Source: Armatimonadota bacterium
GTDB taxonomy: Bacteria > Armatimonadota > SYMT01
Assembly (NCBI GenBank): GCA_041690135.1
Contig: JAWLHY010000007.1
Location: 32,001 to 96,000, forward strand
DNA length: 64,000 nucleotides
Reading direction: 5' to 3'
Shown here: positions 48,701-58,681 of the stretch, piece after piece
How positions within the stretch are numbered: position 1 is the stretch's first letter
Layout of the letters: every line of letters starts with the position of its first letter
Notes under the pieces: model-generated
What the model saw: the letters and a program-made list of their open reading frames with translations, nothing else
What the model was told of the DNA's origin: nothing
The model's database searches: none
Program-made: the position numbers and the translations under genes

Positions 48701-49666
48701 ATGATCAAATTCAAGACAACTTTCGCCGCGCTCACCGTGGCGACGGTGGGGGCCGCGGCGGCCCTGGCGGCCGGAGAAGCGTTCCTCGAGCCCGAAAAGG
48801 CAGGTCCCGACTACGCGATCCAGGGAGAGTACGCGATCCGCCGCGGCGATAACAAGCTCGGCTGCCAGATCATCGCGCTGGGAGACGGTAAGTTTTCGGC
48901 AGTGCTGCTGCCTGGGGGCCTCCCTGGCGAGGGATGGGACGGCAAGACGCGCGTGGTGCTGGACGGCAAGACGGAAGGCGAGACGACGAACTTTGCCTCT
49001 TCCGCGCACACCTGGACGGCGCGGCACGGCGACAAGTCGGTGTTCGTGATGCTGGACAACGACAAGCGCGTGCGGCTCCGGAAGGTGGAGCGGAAGAGCC
49101 CAACCCTGGGCGCGAAGCCGCCCGCCGGTGCGACCGTTCTCTTCGACGGCAAGAATACGGACGCCTGGGTCAACCCGCGCCTCACGCCCGAGGGCTGGTT
49201 GATGGAAGGGACCCAGACGAAAAAGGGGTTCAAGGACTTCACGCTGCACGTCGAGTTCATGACCTCGTTCATGCCGAAGTCCCGCGGCCAGGGACGGTCC
49301 AACAGCGGCGTGTTCCTGGACGGCCGCTATGAAGTCCAGGTGCTCGACTCCTTTGGCCTCACCGGGGAGAACAACGAGTGCGGCGGCGTCTACTCCGTCA
49401 AGAAGCCGGACGTGAACATGGCGTTCCCTCCGCTCACGTGGCAGACCTACGACATCGATTTCACCGCGCCCGCATTCGACGCGGCCGGGAAGAAGACGAA
49501 GAACGCCGTGGTGACCGTCCGCCACAACGGCGTGAAGATCCACGACCAGGTCGAGATCCCCAAGAACACGGCCGGCGGGCAGGAAGGCCCCATGCTCGGG
49601 CCCATCCAGTTGATGAACCACGGCGACCCGGTCCGCTTCCGGAACGTGTGGGTCGTGGAGAGGTAG
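48701..49666 (+). CDS. DUF1080 protein, tandem paralog with Sec-type signal
   Basis: Same motifs as the upstream gene; MIKFKTT...AALA signal. Confidence 0.9.
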   Translation: MIKFKTTFAALTVATVGAAAALAAGEAFLEPEKAGPDYAIQGEYAIRRGDNKLGCQIIALGDGKFSAVLLPGGLPGEGWDGKTRVVLDGKTEGETTNFASSAHTWTARHGDKSVFVMLDNDKRVRLRKVERKSPTLGAKPPAGATVLFDGKNTDAWVNPRLTPEGWLMEGTQTKKGFKDFTLHVEFMTSFMPKSRGQGRSNSGVFLDGRYEVQVLDSFGLTGENNECGGVYSVKKPDVNMAFPPLTWQTYDIDFTAPAFDAAGKKTKNAVVTVRHNGVKIHDQVEIPKNTAGGQEGPMLGPIQLMNHGDPVRFRNVWVVER

Positions 49667-49701
49667 GTCGGCTCCAGCTATTTATTGGGCGAGGGTTGGT
49701 T

Positions 49702-49734
49702 TGAAGGGGCGGGTGTCGGGCACCCGCCCCTTTC
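49702..49734 (+). terminator. Hairpin terminator after DUF1080 pair
   Basis: aaggggcgggtg-tcggg-cacccgccccttt. Confidence 0.7.
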
Positions 49735-49943
49735 CCATGGTCTAGCCCCGCCGTACGCCAACCCAATCCCCGGCGGGTCGTTCCGAATGCGAAGAGCCGC
49801 AGTGTCATGAGCCAGTGTAAACGGCTGTGGTAGGGAGGCCGGTTCTGTAGGAGAGCGGACAGGAATCTGCAGGACCAACGTCGCACTGAGATCTGTCGGT
49901 GGGGATGTACTGTGCCACCGCCGGACAGTTCTCGCGGTCCCCG

Positions 49944-51188
49944 ATGATCCTCCTGCCGTTCCGAACCGATCGACCCAAGATGCGGCCGGCGTACCTCACG
50001 CTGGTCATCATCTTGATCTGTACTCTGGTCCAGTGTGTGCAGGATGCGCTCCCGCCCGTACTCATGCGGCTCCCCACGGCCGGTCCAGAGCCGGTGCCGG
50101 TTCCCGCGCTGATCGCGAACTACGGTCTCTGGGGCAATCATCCCACGCTCACCACGCTGTTCACCCACATGTTCATCCATGGGGACTGGCTGCACCTCAT
50201 TGGGAACATGCTCTTCCTGTGGATCTTTGGGAGCCTGCTGGAAGATGCCATTCGTCCCTGGGGATTGGCCGCCGTTTACTTGGGTGGCGGTCTCTGTGCG
50301 GTGCTGGCCCACCTCCTGATCTCCCAGGCGTTCGGAGATCGTGTCGACGTGCCGATGGTGGGGGCCTCCGGGGCGGTGGCCGGCGTCATGGGGCTCTTCA
50401 TGCTGCGGTTCCACAAGACGCGGGTGGAGGTGTGGTACTGGTTCCTGTTCGTGTGGGGAACGTTCTGGGTGCGTTCGTTCTGGGCGCTGCTCTACTGGAT
50501 CGCGCTGGAGATCTTTGGCGGCGTGATGGATTCGCTGTTCTCTCCGGCCGCGGGTGGGGTGGCGCATTGGGCGCACGTCGGTGGATTCGTGGCGGGGGCA
50601 ATCGCCGCGCCGTGCGTCGGGAGCCTCACGGCCGCCAGGCGGGAGTACATCACGGACGACCCCGAAACGAATGTGGAGTATCTGAAACGGACCGAAAAAG
50701 CTCGCGATGCGGAGAAGGCCCTGGCGCAGGATCCGACCAATGCCTATCTGATGCGGAAGGTCGCACAGGCTTACCGGCGCGCCGGGGAATTCGAACAGGC
50801 CTCGGAGATGTATATCCGGACGGTGAGTCGCTTCGTCGCGCGCGGAATGATGGACCAGGGCGGCGAAGTATATATCGAGCTGATCGAGTACAACGATGGC
50901 GCCGTGCTTCCCGCGGAGATCGAGTTCCGGCTGGCGCAGCACCTGGAAGGCATCCGCATTCAACAGTCGCTGCGGCTTTACCGGTCCATCATTGGGAACT
51001 ACCCGACGCGGCCGGAAGCCGAACAGGCGCTGCTACGGCTGCCGGTGCTGTATGCCCAAACGCTCCATCAGCCGTTTGAAGCGCTGAATTGCCTGAATGA
51101 ATTCCTGGTCCGGTTTCCACAGAGCCAGTGGGCACCCCAGGTGAACGAGTGGCGCGAGACGCTCGACCGTGACTTGCGCCAGTTTTGA
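49944..51188 (+). CDS. Rhomboid protease with C-terminal TPR-like domain
   Basis: HMFIHG.WLHLIGNM, GASGA (Ser), AHVGGF (His); helical repeats after the TM domain. Confidence 0.92.
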   Translation: MILLPFRTDRPKMRPAYLTLVIILICTLVQCVQDALPPVLMRLPTAGPEPVPVPALIANYGLWGNHPTLTTLFTHMFIHGDWLHLIGNMLFLWIFGSLLEDAIRPWGLAAVYLGGGLCAVLAHLLISQAFGDRVDVPMVGASGAVAGVMGLFMLRFHKTRVEVWYWFLFVWGTFWVRSFWALLYWIALEIFGGVMDSLFSPAAGGVAHWAHVGGFVAGAIAAPCVGSLTAARREYITDDPETNVEYLKRTEKARDAEKALAQDPTNAYLMRKVAQAYRRAGEFEQASEMYIRTVSRFVARGMMDQGGEVYIELIEYNDGAVLPAEIEFRLAQHLEGIRIQQSLRLYRSIIGNYPTRPEAEQALLRLPVLYAQTLHQPFEALNCLNEFLVRFPQSQWAPQVNEWRETLDRDLRQF

Positions 51189-51234
51189 AGTGAGGGACCC
51201 GAGGGGGTGGCCCTCTCTTGTGAAAGGTTAGTTG

Positions 51235-51621
51235 ATGTCGCAGAAGTCCTCTGCCGGTCCCGCGGCGGATGCCGCCGTCGCGCAGCCTGGGGCCGGCCGC
51301 TCGGACCGAGAGCTTGCCTCCCTGTTGATGCGTCGGCAGGCCGCGCTGAGTATCCGGTCCGCCGCTGTATTCCTTATCGTCATTCTTGGGGTGCCGCTGG
51401 TCAACCATTTCGCGCGTGACCTGGGGCAAACGCCGGTGCTGGGCTTTCCCGCCTCATGGTTCCTGCTGGGCTTGCTCTTCTACCCCATCACCTGGGCGTT
51501 GTCCACCTACTTCGTGAAGGCTTCCGAAGCGCGGGAGGCGGAAGACGCGGCTTTTATCCGCTCCGAACGGCCGGATAGCGAGAAGAACAACGGCTCTGAC
51601 GGAAAGCGGGGCCGGAAATGA
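51235..51621 (+). CDS. DUF485 (YjcH-like) membrane protein
   Basis: LMRRQ..LS, two TM helices, overlaps the actP start (ATGA). Confidence 0.8.
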   Translation: MSQKSSAGPAADAAVAQPGAGRSDRELASLLMRRQAALSIRSAAVFLIVILGVPLVNHFARDLGQTPVLGFPASWFLLGLLFYPITWALSTYFVKASEAREAEDAAFIRSERPDSEKNNGSDGKRGRK

Positions 51622-53591
51622 GCGCGCTCGAAATGATCCCCGTGGTGATGGTCGTGCTTGTGGTGATTGCCACGATTGCGCTCGGCCTCCACGCCACCCG
51701 CTTCTCCAAGAGCGCGAGCGACTTCTTCGTAGCGGGACGGTCGGTCAACGTCTTCTGGAACGCCTCCGCCATCTCGGGCGAATACCTTTCCGCGGCCTCA
51801 TTCATGGGTGTGGCCGGGCTGGTGATGCGGTTCGGGTACGACGTCCTCTGGTACCCCGTCGGCTACGCGACCGGCTACCTCTTCCTGCTCCTCTTCATCG
51901 CCGGGCCCTTGCGGCGGTTCGGGGCGTACACCATTCCCGACTTCGCGGAAGGCCGCTTCGGCAGCCCGCTGTTCCGGAAGATTGCGGTCACCTTCGTGCT
52001 CTTCATCGGCTTCTTCTACACGATGCCGCAGATGAAGGGCGCCGGCGTGGCCATGAACAGCATCTTCCACACTCCATACTGGGTAGGGGTGGTACTGGTG
52101 GGCGTGGTCATCTCCTTCAATGTGGCCCTGGGCGGAATGAAGGGGATCACGCTGGTCCAGGCGTTCCAGTACTGGCTGAAGATGTTCGCCATCTCCCTGC
52201 CCGCTTTCGTGCTGATGGCGGTGTTCGGGGGCTACGACCGGTTCGTGGGGACGGCCGTCGAGAAGCCGGGGGATTATCCCGCCTACCGGACGAACGTGCA
52301 GCGTACCTTCAAGCCCGGTGACAACCTGACCCTACCCCTCGATGACGAGTATCCCCTACGTTTCGTCACGGATACTTACCTGAAGAGTATCGGCCCGGCG
52401 CGGAAGCCGAAGGACGGGGAAGACCGCGTACTGCCGACCACGCTGGTTCGCCCCCTGGAGAACCGGGCGGCGAGTGGACCGAGCGGCGACTATAACGTGA
52501 TTTTCTTCCCAGCCGGATCCACGGCGACGTTCCGCACGGCCGAGGTCAAGCAGAATGGGGTGACGGTTTCGAACAGTGGCGTGGCCGTGGTCACCGCGGC
52601 GAAGCTGGAGTTCGACCGAGCAGCGACGGTGGAGTTCCAGGCGGGCGAGCCGGCGGCGGGTACGGTGACGAACAAGGTGTGGCTGGAGCCGTTCGGGGCT
52701 CTGACCAACAAGCACGGTTATCCGCTGCTCTATACCTTCTCGCTCATCATCAGCCTCATCTTCGGGACCGCGGGTCTCCCGCATATCCTCGTCCGGTTCT
52801 ACACCAACCCGGACGGCCGCTCCGCCAAGCGGACCACGCTGTGGGTGATGGTCTTGATTGGTGTCTTCTACATGTTTCCCGCGCTCTGGGGAGCCATGGG
52901 GCGTGAGTTGATGCCGGGCCTCTACGCCAACGGCAAGACGGACGCCGTGGTGGTGGTCCTGCCGGGCGTGCTGGGCGGGGTATGGGGTGAGGTGCTGAAA
53001 GGCGTGACGTGTGCCGGAGCGTTCGCGGCCTTTATGTCCACCTTCAGCGGACTGCTTGTTTCCATGTCCGGCGCGGTGGCCCACGATATTTACGGCAGCA
53101 TTCTCAAGCCGGATGCCACGCCCCAGCAGCGCCTCCTGGCCTTCAAGTGGGCCGCAGTGGTGGTGGGAGCACTGGCCACGGTCCTGGGGCTCCTGGCGGA
53201 GGGCTGGGACATCGCGATGCTCGTGGGTTGGGCCTTTGCCATCGCGGCCGCCAGTTACTTCCCGCTACTCCTCCTGGGAAGCTGGTGGCGGGGGCTCACG
53301 ATGAAGGGCGCCGCGGCCGGTATGCTGGGCGGCGGCCTCGCGAGCCTGGGCGCCATCGTCGCCACGATGCTCATCGACCGCAAGCTTTTGGCCTGGACCC
53401 CCGACCCGATCTTGCGCACGCTCATGGAACAGCCCGCGATCTGGGGGGTGCCGCTCTCACTGGCTCTGATGTGGCTGGTGAGCCAGGCCACGAAGGCGGA
53501 AGTCCCCAAGGACGTGGACACACTGATGCTTCGGCTCCACGCACCGGAAGAACTGGGAATGAGCAAGGACTACATCCCCGACGCGCACTAG
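51618..53591 (+). CDS. actP: Cation/acetate symporter (SSS family) with large loop insertion
   Basis: DFFVAGR, AISGEYLSAASF.G, YTIPDF, GTAGLPHILVRFYT, AFAAF.ST.SGL, AFAIAA. Confidence 0.88.
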   Translation: MSALEMIPVVMVVLVVIATIALGLHATRFSKSASDFFVAGRSVNVFWNASAISGEYLSAASFMGVAGLVMRFGYDVLWYPVGYATGYLFLLLFIAGPLRRFGAYTIPDFAEGRFGSPLFRKIAVTFVLFIGFFYTMPQMKGAGVAMNSIFHTPYWVGVVLVGVVISFNVALGGMKGITLVQAFQYWLKMFAISLPAFVLMAVFGGYDRFVGTAVEKPGDYPAYRTNVQRTFKPGDNLTLPLDDEYPLRFVTDTYLKSIGPARKPKDGEDRVLPTTLVRPLENRAASGPSGDYNVIFFPAGSTATFRTAEVKQNGVTVSNSGVAVVTAAKLEFDRAATVEFQAGEPAAGTVTNKVWLEPFGALTNKHGYPLLYTFSLIISLIFGTAGLPHILVRFYTNPDGRSAKRTTLWVMVLIGVFYMFPALWGAMGRELMPGLYANGKTDAVVVVLPGVLGGVWGEVLKGVTCAGAFAAFMSTFSGLLVSMSGAVAHDIYGSILKPDATPQQRLLAFKWAAVVVGALATVLGLLAEGWDIAMLVGWAFAIAAASYFPLLLLGSWWRGLTMKGAAAGMLGGGLASLGAIVATMLIDRKLLAWTPDPILRTLMEQPAIWGVPLSLALMWLVSQATKAEVPKDVDTLMLRLHAPEELGMSKDYIPDAH

Positions 53592-53704
53592 AGATCGAAC
53601 GAGTCCGCTAGGGTGGGGTATAGTGCTACCGGGTCGAAGACGACGTTCGGCCCGGTAGCACCTTTGCGTACCGTCCCAATCGCTGGGCTACGGGGGAGGT
53701 CCGA

Positions 53705-54307
53705 ATGGACATTCAACGAATCATCGATCGGCTGCGGGAGCGGTCCCACATGCCGCTGTTCGTCGTCGAGGTGTGGGATCAGCAGGTCGACCAGGCGCTC
53801 CGGGAGGCCCGCACCGAGGAGTTGTTCGGGGGCCGGGAGATCCGGAACCCAACCATGGCCGCGGCGGCATTGGCCGGTTTGCATCTCTGGAACGATAACT
53901 TCACCGGCAGCCACAACCTCTGCCAGGGGATCGACACACCCACCGGCAGCTATTGGCACGGTCTGTGCCACCGGCGTGAGGGGCATCGGGGGGAGGGATT
54001 GCAGAGCAACCTGGGGAACGCCAAGTACTGGTTCCGCCGGGTGGGGGAGCACCTTGCCTTCGACCCCGTCTATCGCAGCGCGCTCACAGTCCTGAATCAG
54101 AGCGCCACTGGCTTTCGCTGGGCCGTGGAAGCCGCCGACCAGCTGCACGCCCAACACCGTTGGGATCCCATTCGTGTGATCGACTGGTTCGGCCAGTGCG
54201 ATGCGGGCGTGCTCTCACCCCAGGCGCAGGCGCTCCTTGAAGAGATCCAGTGGCGCGAGATCGATATTCTCGTCGACTGGTGCGTAGAGCAGGCGCTGGG
54301 GAGTTAA
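53705..54307 (+). CDS. Conserved hypothetical helical protein
   Basis: SH..CQ......SYWHG..HRREG....NA.YWFRRVG.H motif; GGAGG RBS. Confidence 0.75.
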   Translation: MDIQRIIDRLRERSHMPLFVVEVWDQQVDQALREARTEELFGGREIRNPTMAAAALAGLHLWNDNFTGSHNLCQGIDTPTGSYWHGLCHRREGHRGEGLQSNLGNAKYWFRRVGEHLAFDPVYRSALTVLNQSATGFRWAVEAADQLHAQHRWDPIRVIDWFGQCDAGVLSPQAQALLEEIQWREIDILVDWCVEQALGS

Positions 54308-54316
54308 TAAGCGGCT

Positions 54317-54583
54317 TTAGGGCTCCCCTGCCTGGTCGACCTCTTCTTCCACGATCGCCACCACGTGGACATCGTCCGCGCCGGCCGCGACCATGTAGAA
54401 GATGCGATAGCAGGGATCCACCCAGAAGGTACGGCAGCCGGGGTAACGTTCATCCTCCGACATGGCGTACATGCGCGGCATATCCGCGAGGTAGTCCAGC
54501 CGCTGTTCCACCCCATCGCGGATCGCCTCCGGCAGCACCGAAAGGAGATGCTGGGCCTGTTCCGAACACGTTACGAGCGCCAA
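54317..54583 (-). CDS. RelE/ParE-fold small protein, orphan and acidic
   Basis: V..S..A...L..L.......L..L...P, R.F.V...YRIFY.V.....V.VVAI pattern; TTG start with GGGAGA RBS. Confidence 0.6.
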   Translation of the reverse strand: MALVTCSEQAQHLLSVLPEAIRDGVEQRLDYLADMPRMYAMSEDERYPGCRTFWVDPCYRIFYMVAAGADDVHVVAIVEEEVDQAGEP

Positions 54584-54914
54584 GTTCTTCTCCCGCCGGA
54601 CGTCCCAGCCCGACCGAGACTGGAATCGGGTGGCGTCCTACGTCGGATGCTATGTTACCCCATCGAATGCCGTTCTGAAAGGCGAAAGTGGCGGTCGGGA
54701 AGCGCTTCCCTCGTGATGGTGATCGTCCCTTCGCCTGGCTCTTGTGATCGTTATCGTGATCGAAACTCCTGCACGCGGGACGCCCGCGTTCCTTTTCCCC
54801 AAACAGTGGGAACCGGGTTGATCCCCGCCGGGTCTCTCTCCTCGTAACACGGATGACCGGCAACCTGGATGCCGCTCGCGGACTGAGGGTCCGAGGAAAG
54901 GTGGGACGATCCCT

Positions 54915-55760
54915 ATGAACAAGAATGCAGCACGGATGGCAGCGCCGATCCTCGCCGCCACCCTGGGGTTGAGCGGGGTGGCCCAGGCGCAGAGCGGACC
55001 GCGGGATATCCCGATGGATACGGTGATCCGGTTGGAGCTTTCGGAGAACCTGAATAGCCGGACCGCCCGCCGTGGAGACCAGTTTGGAGCCCGTTTGGCG
55101 GCGAGTGACCGGAGCGGCTTCCCGGAGCGGACCCGGTTCGAAGGCTCGGTGATCGATGTGCGCCGGGCATCCAAGGACCAACCGGGCCTGCTGGGGGTGA
55201 AGATCCACCGGGCCATCCTTCCCGACGGCGCCCTGGTGCCGGTGAACGGGACCCTCGCCAGCCTGGATGCCGGCGATGTCCGGCGCACGGGCCAGGGCCG
55301 CATCGAGGCGCGGAAGGGCTCAAGCGGGAAGATGGACCTCAAGTGGGTCGGCTACGGTGCGGCGGGCGGCGCCGTGCTGGGGACGATCCTGGGAGATGGC
55401 GGCGACCTCTTCAAAGGGGCCCTGCTGGGCGCCCTGGGCGGTGCGGCCTACAGCTATCTCAATAAGGATAAGGGCGGCGACCGTCGCGCGGGTGACGTCA
55501 GCCTGGCGCGCGGGACAGAGTTCGGAGTCCGGGTTCACCACCGCGTGACGTTCCGCGACACCGGCCGGTACCGCTACGCGTCGCAATACGACGATTACGA
55601 TCGCGATCGCTACGCCGATGACGACCGCTATGAACAGGATCGCCGGTACGACGACCGGGAGCGGGACGCTCGCTACGACGAGCGGGACCGCCGTTACGAT
55701 GAGCGCGAGCGTGATCGCCGCTATGAAGAACGGGAGTACGAGCGAAGCTCTGGTCGTTAG
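54915..55760 (+). CDS. Exported protein with beta domain, glycine zipper and Asp/Arg/Tyr repeat tail
   Basis: Signal AQA, IP..TVI...L...L.S...R.GD.F, GAAGGAVLG...GALLGALGG, (YD[DE]R[DE]R)n tail. Confidence 0.8.
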   Translation: MNKNAARMAAPILAATLGLSGVAQAQSGPRDIPMDTVIRLELSENLNSRTARRGDQFGARLAASDRSGFPERTRFEGSVIDVRRASKDQPGLLGVKIHRAILPDGALVPVNGTLASLDAGDVRRTGQGRIEARKGSSGKMDLKWVGYGAAGGAVLGTILGDGGDLFKGALLGALGGAAYSYLNKDKGGDRRAGDVSLARGTEFGVRVHHRVTFRDTGRYRYASQYDDYDRDRYADDDRYEQDRRYDDRERDARYDERDRRYDERERDRRYEEREYERSSGR

Positions 55761-55878
55761 TGGTTAAGCCACCTACGGCCCGTCCAGTCGGAATCGAGAG
55801 AGCGGGGGGTGTCCAGGAGGGCACCCCCCGCTCTCCTTTCTGCCGATGCCGGCAAGCCATCCAAAATTCGAATGGGTT

Positions 55879-56379
55879 CTAGGAGCCAGGTGTGTTGCCG
55901 GTGAATTCCCAGGGAGCATCACCCTTGTTGTAGACCTCGAAGGTTCCCTGCTGCACTTCCGGAAGTTCCTTCGTGTGGAAGAGGTTCAGGACGGCGGTCT
56001 TTCCACTCTTCGGATCGACCCAGGCCGCATCAAAAAGATCGGTGGGGCCGGCGGGCACGTCCATCGTTACCCACTCCCGCTGACCCGGGTCCTCGGAATT
56101 GGTGGGCTGCAGCTTTTCCCACCCCCGCCCCAGCAGGTCCCGGTCGTAGTGCTCCACCACGGCCATGGAATGTTTTTCGACCCGGACCCGGAATTCGGCG
56201 TCGCGGTCGGTGGGGAGATCCTTGATCATCGCCATCCCCTGCTCGCGCTTCGGCCGGGACGAAGTCGCGCCGCCTTCGGGTTCGGCACCGCGTCCCTGCG
56301 GTGCCGAGGTGCGCGGTCCACAACCTCCCACGATGAGGCCAGCCACGAGGATAGGTAAGAATACAGAAAGCTTGGGCAT
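55879..56379 (-). CDS. Hypothetical lipoprotein
   Basis: Hydrophobic stretch and VGGC lipobox. Confidence 0.65.
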   Translation of the reverse strand: MPKLSVFLPILVAGLIVGGCGPRTSAPQGRGAEPEGGATSSRPKREQGMAMIKDLPTDRDAEFRVRVEKHSMAVVEHYDRDLLGRGWEKLQPTNSEDPGQREWVTMDVPAGPTDLFDAAWVDPKSGKTAVLNLFHTKELPEVQQGTFEVYNKGDAPWEFTGNTPGS

Positions 56380-56928
56380 TACAAAACGGCTCTTCGCGTC
56401 AGGGGTCTCACGGGGTCCACGGCTACTGAACGAGACCTTTCTCCGAGCTTAACACCCAATCATGTACGAAGTCGCAGCCCGCGCGCCAGTCCGAGGTTCG
56501 GAAATAGCGGTTGTGGTGGATGCCGGATTACGGACTCCCACCCCGCTTTGTGTGCGGGCGGGGTTCACCGGAACTTCTGCTGCGAAACGTGCACTTCTCC
56601 AGTGCCCTCCGAACGCAGCATGGCGCGAGAGGGGAGGCCAGACGCTCGTCCGGCTTGTAGTAGCGTGGCTTTAGCCCCCGTCCTCTTGCGCGCCAGGCCC
56701 ACGGGCCTGTCCCGCATTCCGGACGGTATTGGAGTGCAAAAAGGGGAGTCCGGACGCCAGTCTGGGGTTCGGCCCGGTAGTCGTAAAGTGAACCGAGCCC
56801 GAACCCCGGACTCCCACCTCGCGCCAAAGTGGGAGGACAAACCCAGAGCCGCAGTGACACAAAGGCTTATCTCTGCGGCCAATCCCCGCATCACGTGCCT
56901 GAAGCAGGGGCCGAAGAGGCAGCCATTC

Positions 56929-56964
56929 CCCCGACCCCCAATCCCTGGCCCCTAACCCCCCAAC
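56929..56964. repeat. Heptamer array (CCCYRRC-like) abutting purH stop
   Basis: ccccgac ccccaat ccctggc ccctaac c ccccaac. Confidence 0.7.
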
Positions 56965-58590
56965 TTAATGCCGGAAATGCCGCGCGCCGGTGAAGACCAT
57001 CGCCACGCCGTACTGGTTGCAGACCGCCACCGCGTCGTCATCCCGCTTGGAGCCGCCGGGTTGGATGATGGCCTTGACTCCGGACTTGGCCAGGGCTTCC
57101 GGTCCGTCCGGCATCGGGAAGTAGGCGTCGCTGGCGCAGACGGCCCCCTCGGCGCGGTAGCCGGCCATCGCCACGGCCAACTCGCTGGATTGCGCTCGGT
57201 TGGTCTGCCCACCCCCGAGACCGATCAACTGCAGGTCCTTCGCCAGCACGACGGCGTTGGACTTGACGTGGCGGACCACCTTCCAGGCGAACAGCAGGTC
57301 CGCCAGTTCCGCCTCGGTGGGAGCCCGGTCGGTCACCACCTGGAGATCGGCTGCAAGCTGGTCGCGGAGGTCGCGCTCCTGAACCAGGAGCCCACCGACC
57401 ACACGCTTCAGGTCGAGGCCGGCCAGGCCGGTGGCGGAGTCCTTCAGCGAGGCGTAAGGGGGCAGCGGATCGATCTCCAGCAGGCGGACATTCTCTCCCC
57501 AGATCTGCCGGTTGCGGAAGAGCTCCAGCGCCTCTTCGGAGAATCCGGGCGCGATGATGCACTCGTAGTAGCTCTTCGGCGCGATGATCAGGTTCGCGGT
57601 CTCCGCATCGATCGGCCGGTTGCAGGCGATGATGCCGCCGAAGCGAGATCCCGGAGGGTTGAAGGGGGGCAGCTCGCCGTCACGCGCCAGCTCGTACGCC
57701 CGCGCCAGCGTGTCGGCCACGCCGCAGCCGCACGGGTTGGTGTGCTTGATGATGGAGCAGGCCGGGCGGTCGAATTCTTTGACCAGCTCCAGCGCGGCGT
57801 CCATATCCAGGATATTGATGAACGACAGCGCCTTGCCGTGGAGCTGTCGGGCCGTGGAAACGCTCGGCTCGCGACGCTGCGGGTCCACGTAGAATGCAGC
57901 CGCCTGGTGCGGGTTCTCTCCGTAGCGGAGATCCTGCACCTTTTCGAAGTGCAGGTCGAGTTGCGCCGGGAACTGGGGTGCCGCTTCGGACGCCGGCTCG
58001 AGCTGGCCGGCCAGGTAGGCGGCGATGTGCCCGTCATAGGCCGCGGTGTGCGCAAATGCCTTCTGCGCCAGGCGGCGGCGAGTGCCCAGAGTGGTCTCGC
58101 CGTTGTTCTGACGGAGCTCTGCCAGCACCTGGTCGTAATCCTCCGCTTCGGTCACTACAGTGACGGACGTGTGGTTCTTGGACGCGGAGCGGATCATCGA
58201 AGGACCGCCGATGTCGATGTTTTCGATGGCATCTTCAAAGGCGCAGTCGGGCCGGGCCACGGTTTTCGCGAACGGGTAGAGGTTCACGGCGACCAGGTCG
58301 ATCGGCCGGTAACCGGCCCCGGCGAGTTGCTCCATGTGGTCGGCCTTGCTGCGGTCCGCCAGGAGACCGCCGTGGATGGCGGGGTGAAGCGTTTTCACCC
58401 GGCCTTCCATCATCTCCGGAAACCCGGTCACCTGTTCCACAGGGGTCACCGGCACCCCAGCTTCCTGGAGGGCCCGGGCCGTGCCACCCGTTGAAAGGAT
58501 CTCCACACCCAACTCGTGGAGCCCCTTTGCGAACTCCACCACTCCCGTCTTATCCGAAACGCTGATCAGCGCACGCTGTACCTGAGCCAA
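56965..58590 (-). CDS. purH: Bifunctional AICAR transformylase/IMP cyclohydrolase
   Basis: ALISVSDKTG, STGGTA, GRVKTLHP, IDIGGP, RYGENPHQ, KHTNPCG, VKSNA, ASDA.FP, QPGGS.RD, RHFRH; true start TTG 58590. Confidence 0.97.
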   Translation of the reverse strand: MAQVQRALISVSDKTGVVEFAKGLHELGVEILSTGGTARALQEAGVPVTPVEQVTGFPEMMEGRVKTLHPAIHGGLLADRSKADHMEQLAGAGYRPIDLVAVNLYPFAKTVARPDCAFEDAIENIDIGGPSMIRSASKNHTSVTVVTEAEDYDQVLAELRQNNGETTLGTRRRLAQKAFAHTAAYDGHIAAYLAGQLEPASEAAPQFPAQLDLHFEKVQDLRYGENPHQAAAFYVDPQRREPSVSTARQLHGKALSFINILDMDAALELVKEFDRPACSIIKHTNPCGCGVADTLARAYELARDGELPPFNPPGSRFGGIIACNRPIDAETANLIIAPKSYYECIIAPGFSEEALELFRNRQIWGENVRLLEIDPLPPYASLKDSATGLAGLDLKRVVGGLLVQERDLRDQLAADLQVVTDRAPTEAELADLLFAWKVVRHVKSNAVVLAKDLQLIGLGGGQTNRAQSSELAVAMAGYRAEGAVCASDAYFPMPDGPEALAKSGVKAIIQPGGSKRDDDAVAVCNQYGVAMVFTGARHFRH

Positions 58591-58605
58591 GGTCCCATCC
58601 TCGAA

Positions 58606-58681
58606 GTTGAAGGTTGAAAGTTGAAGGTTGAAAGTTGAAGGTTGAAAGTTGAAGGTTGAAGGTTGAAGGTTGAAGGTTAAG
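58606..58681. repeat. Heptamer tandem array (GTTGAAR) x10 upstream of purH start
   Basis: Ten exact GTTGAAG/GTTGAAA units 58606-58675 plus one degenerate unit; 15 bp from the start codon. Confidence 0.95.

Noticed and set aside
55585-55745. Nucleotide repeats at the end of the glycine-zipper gene
   Set aside because: Period is codon-based and simply encodes a low-complexity YDDRDRR tail
58606-58681. CRISPR array
   Set aside because: Units are 7 bp and contiguous with no unique spacers; no cas genes in the window
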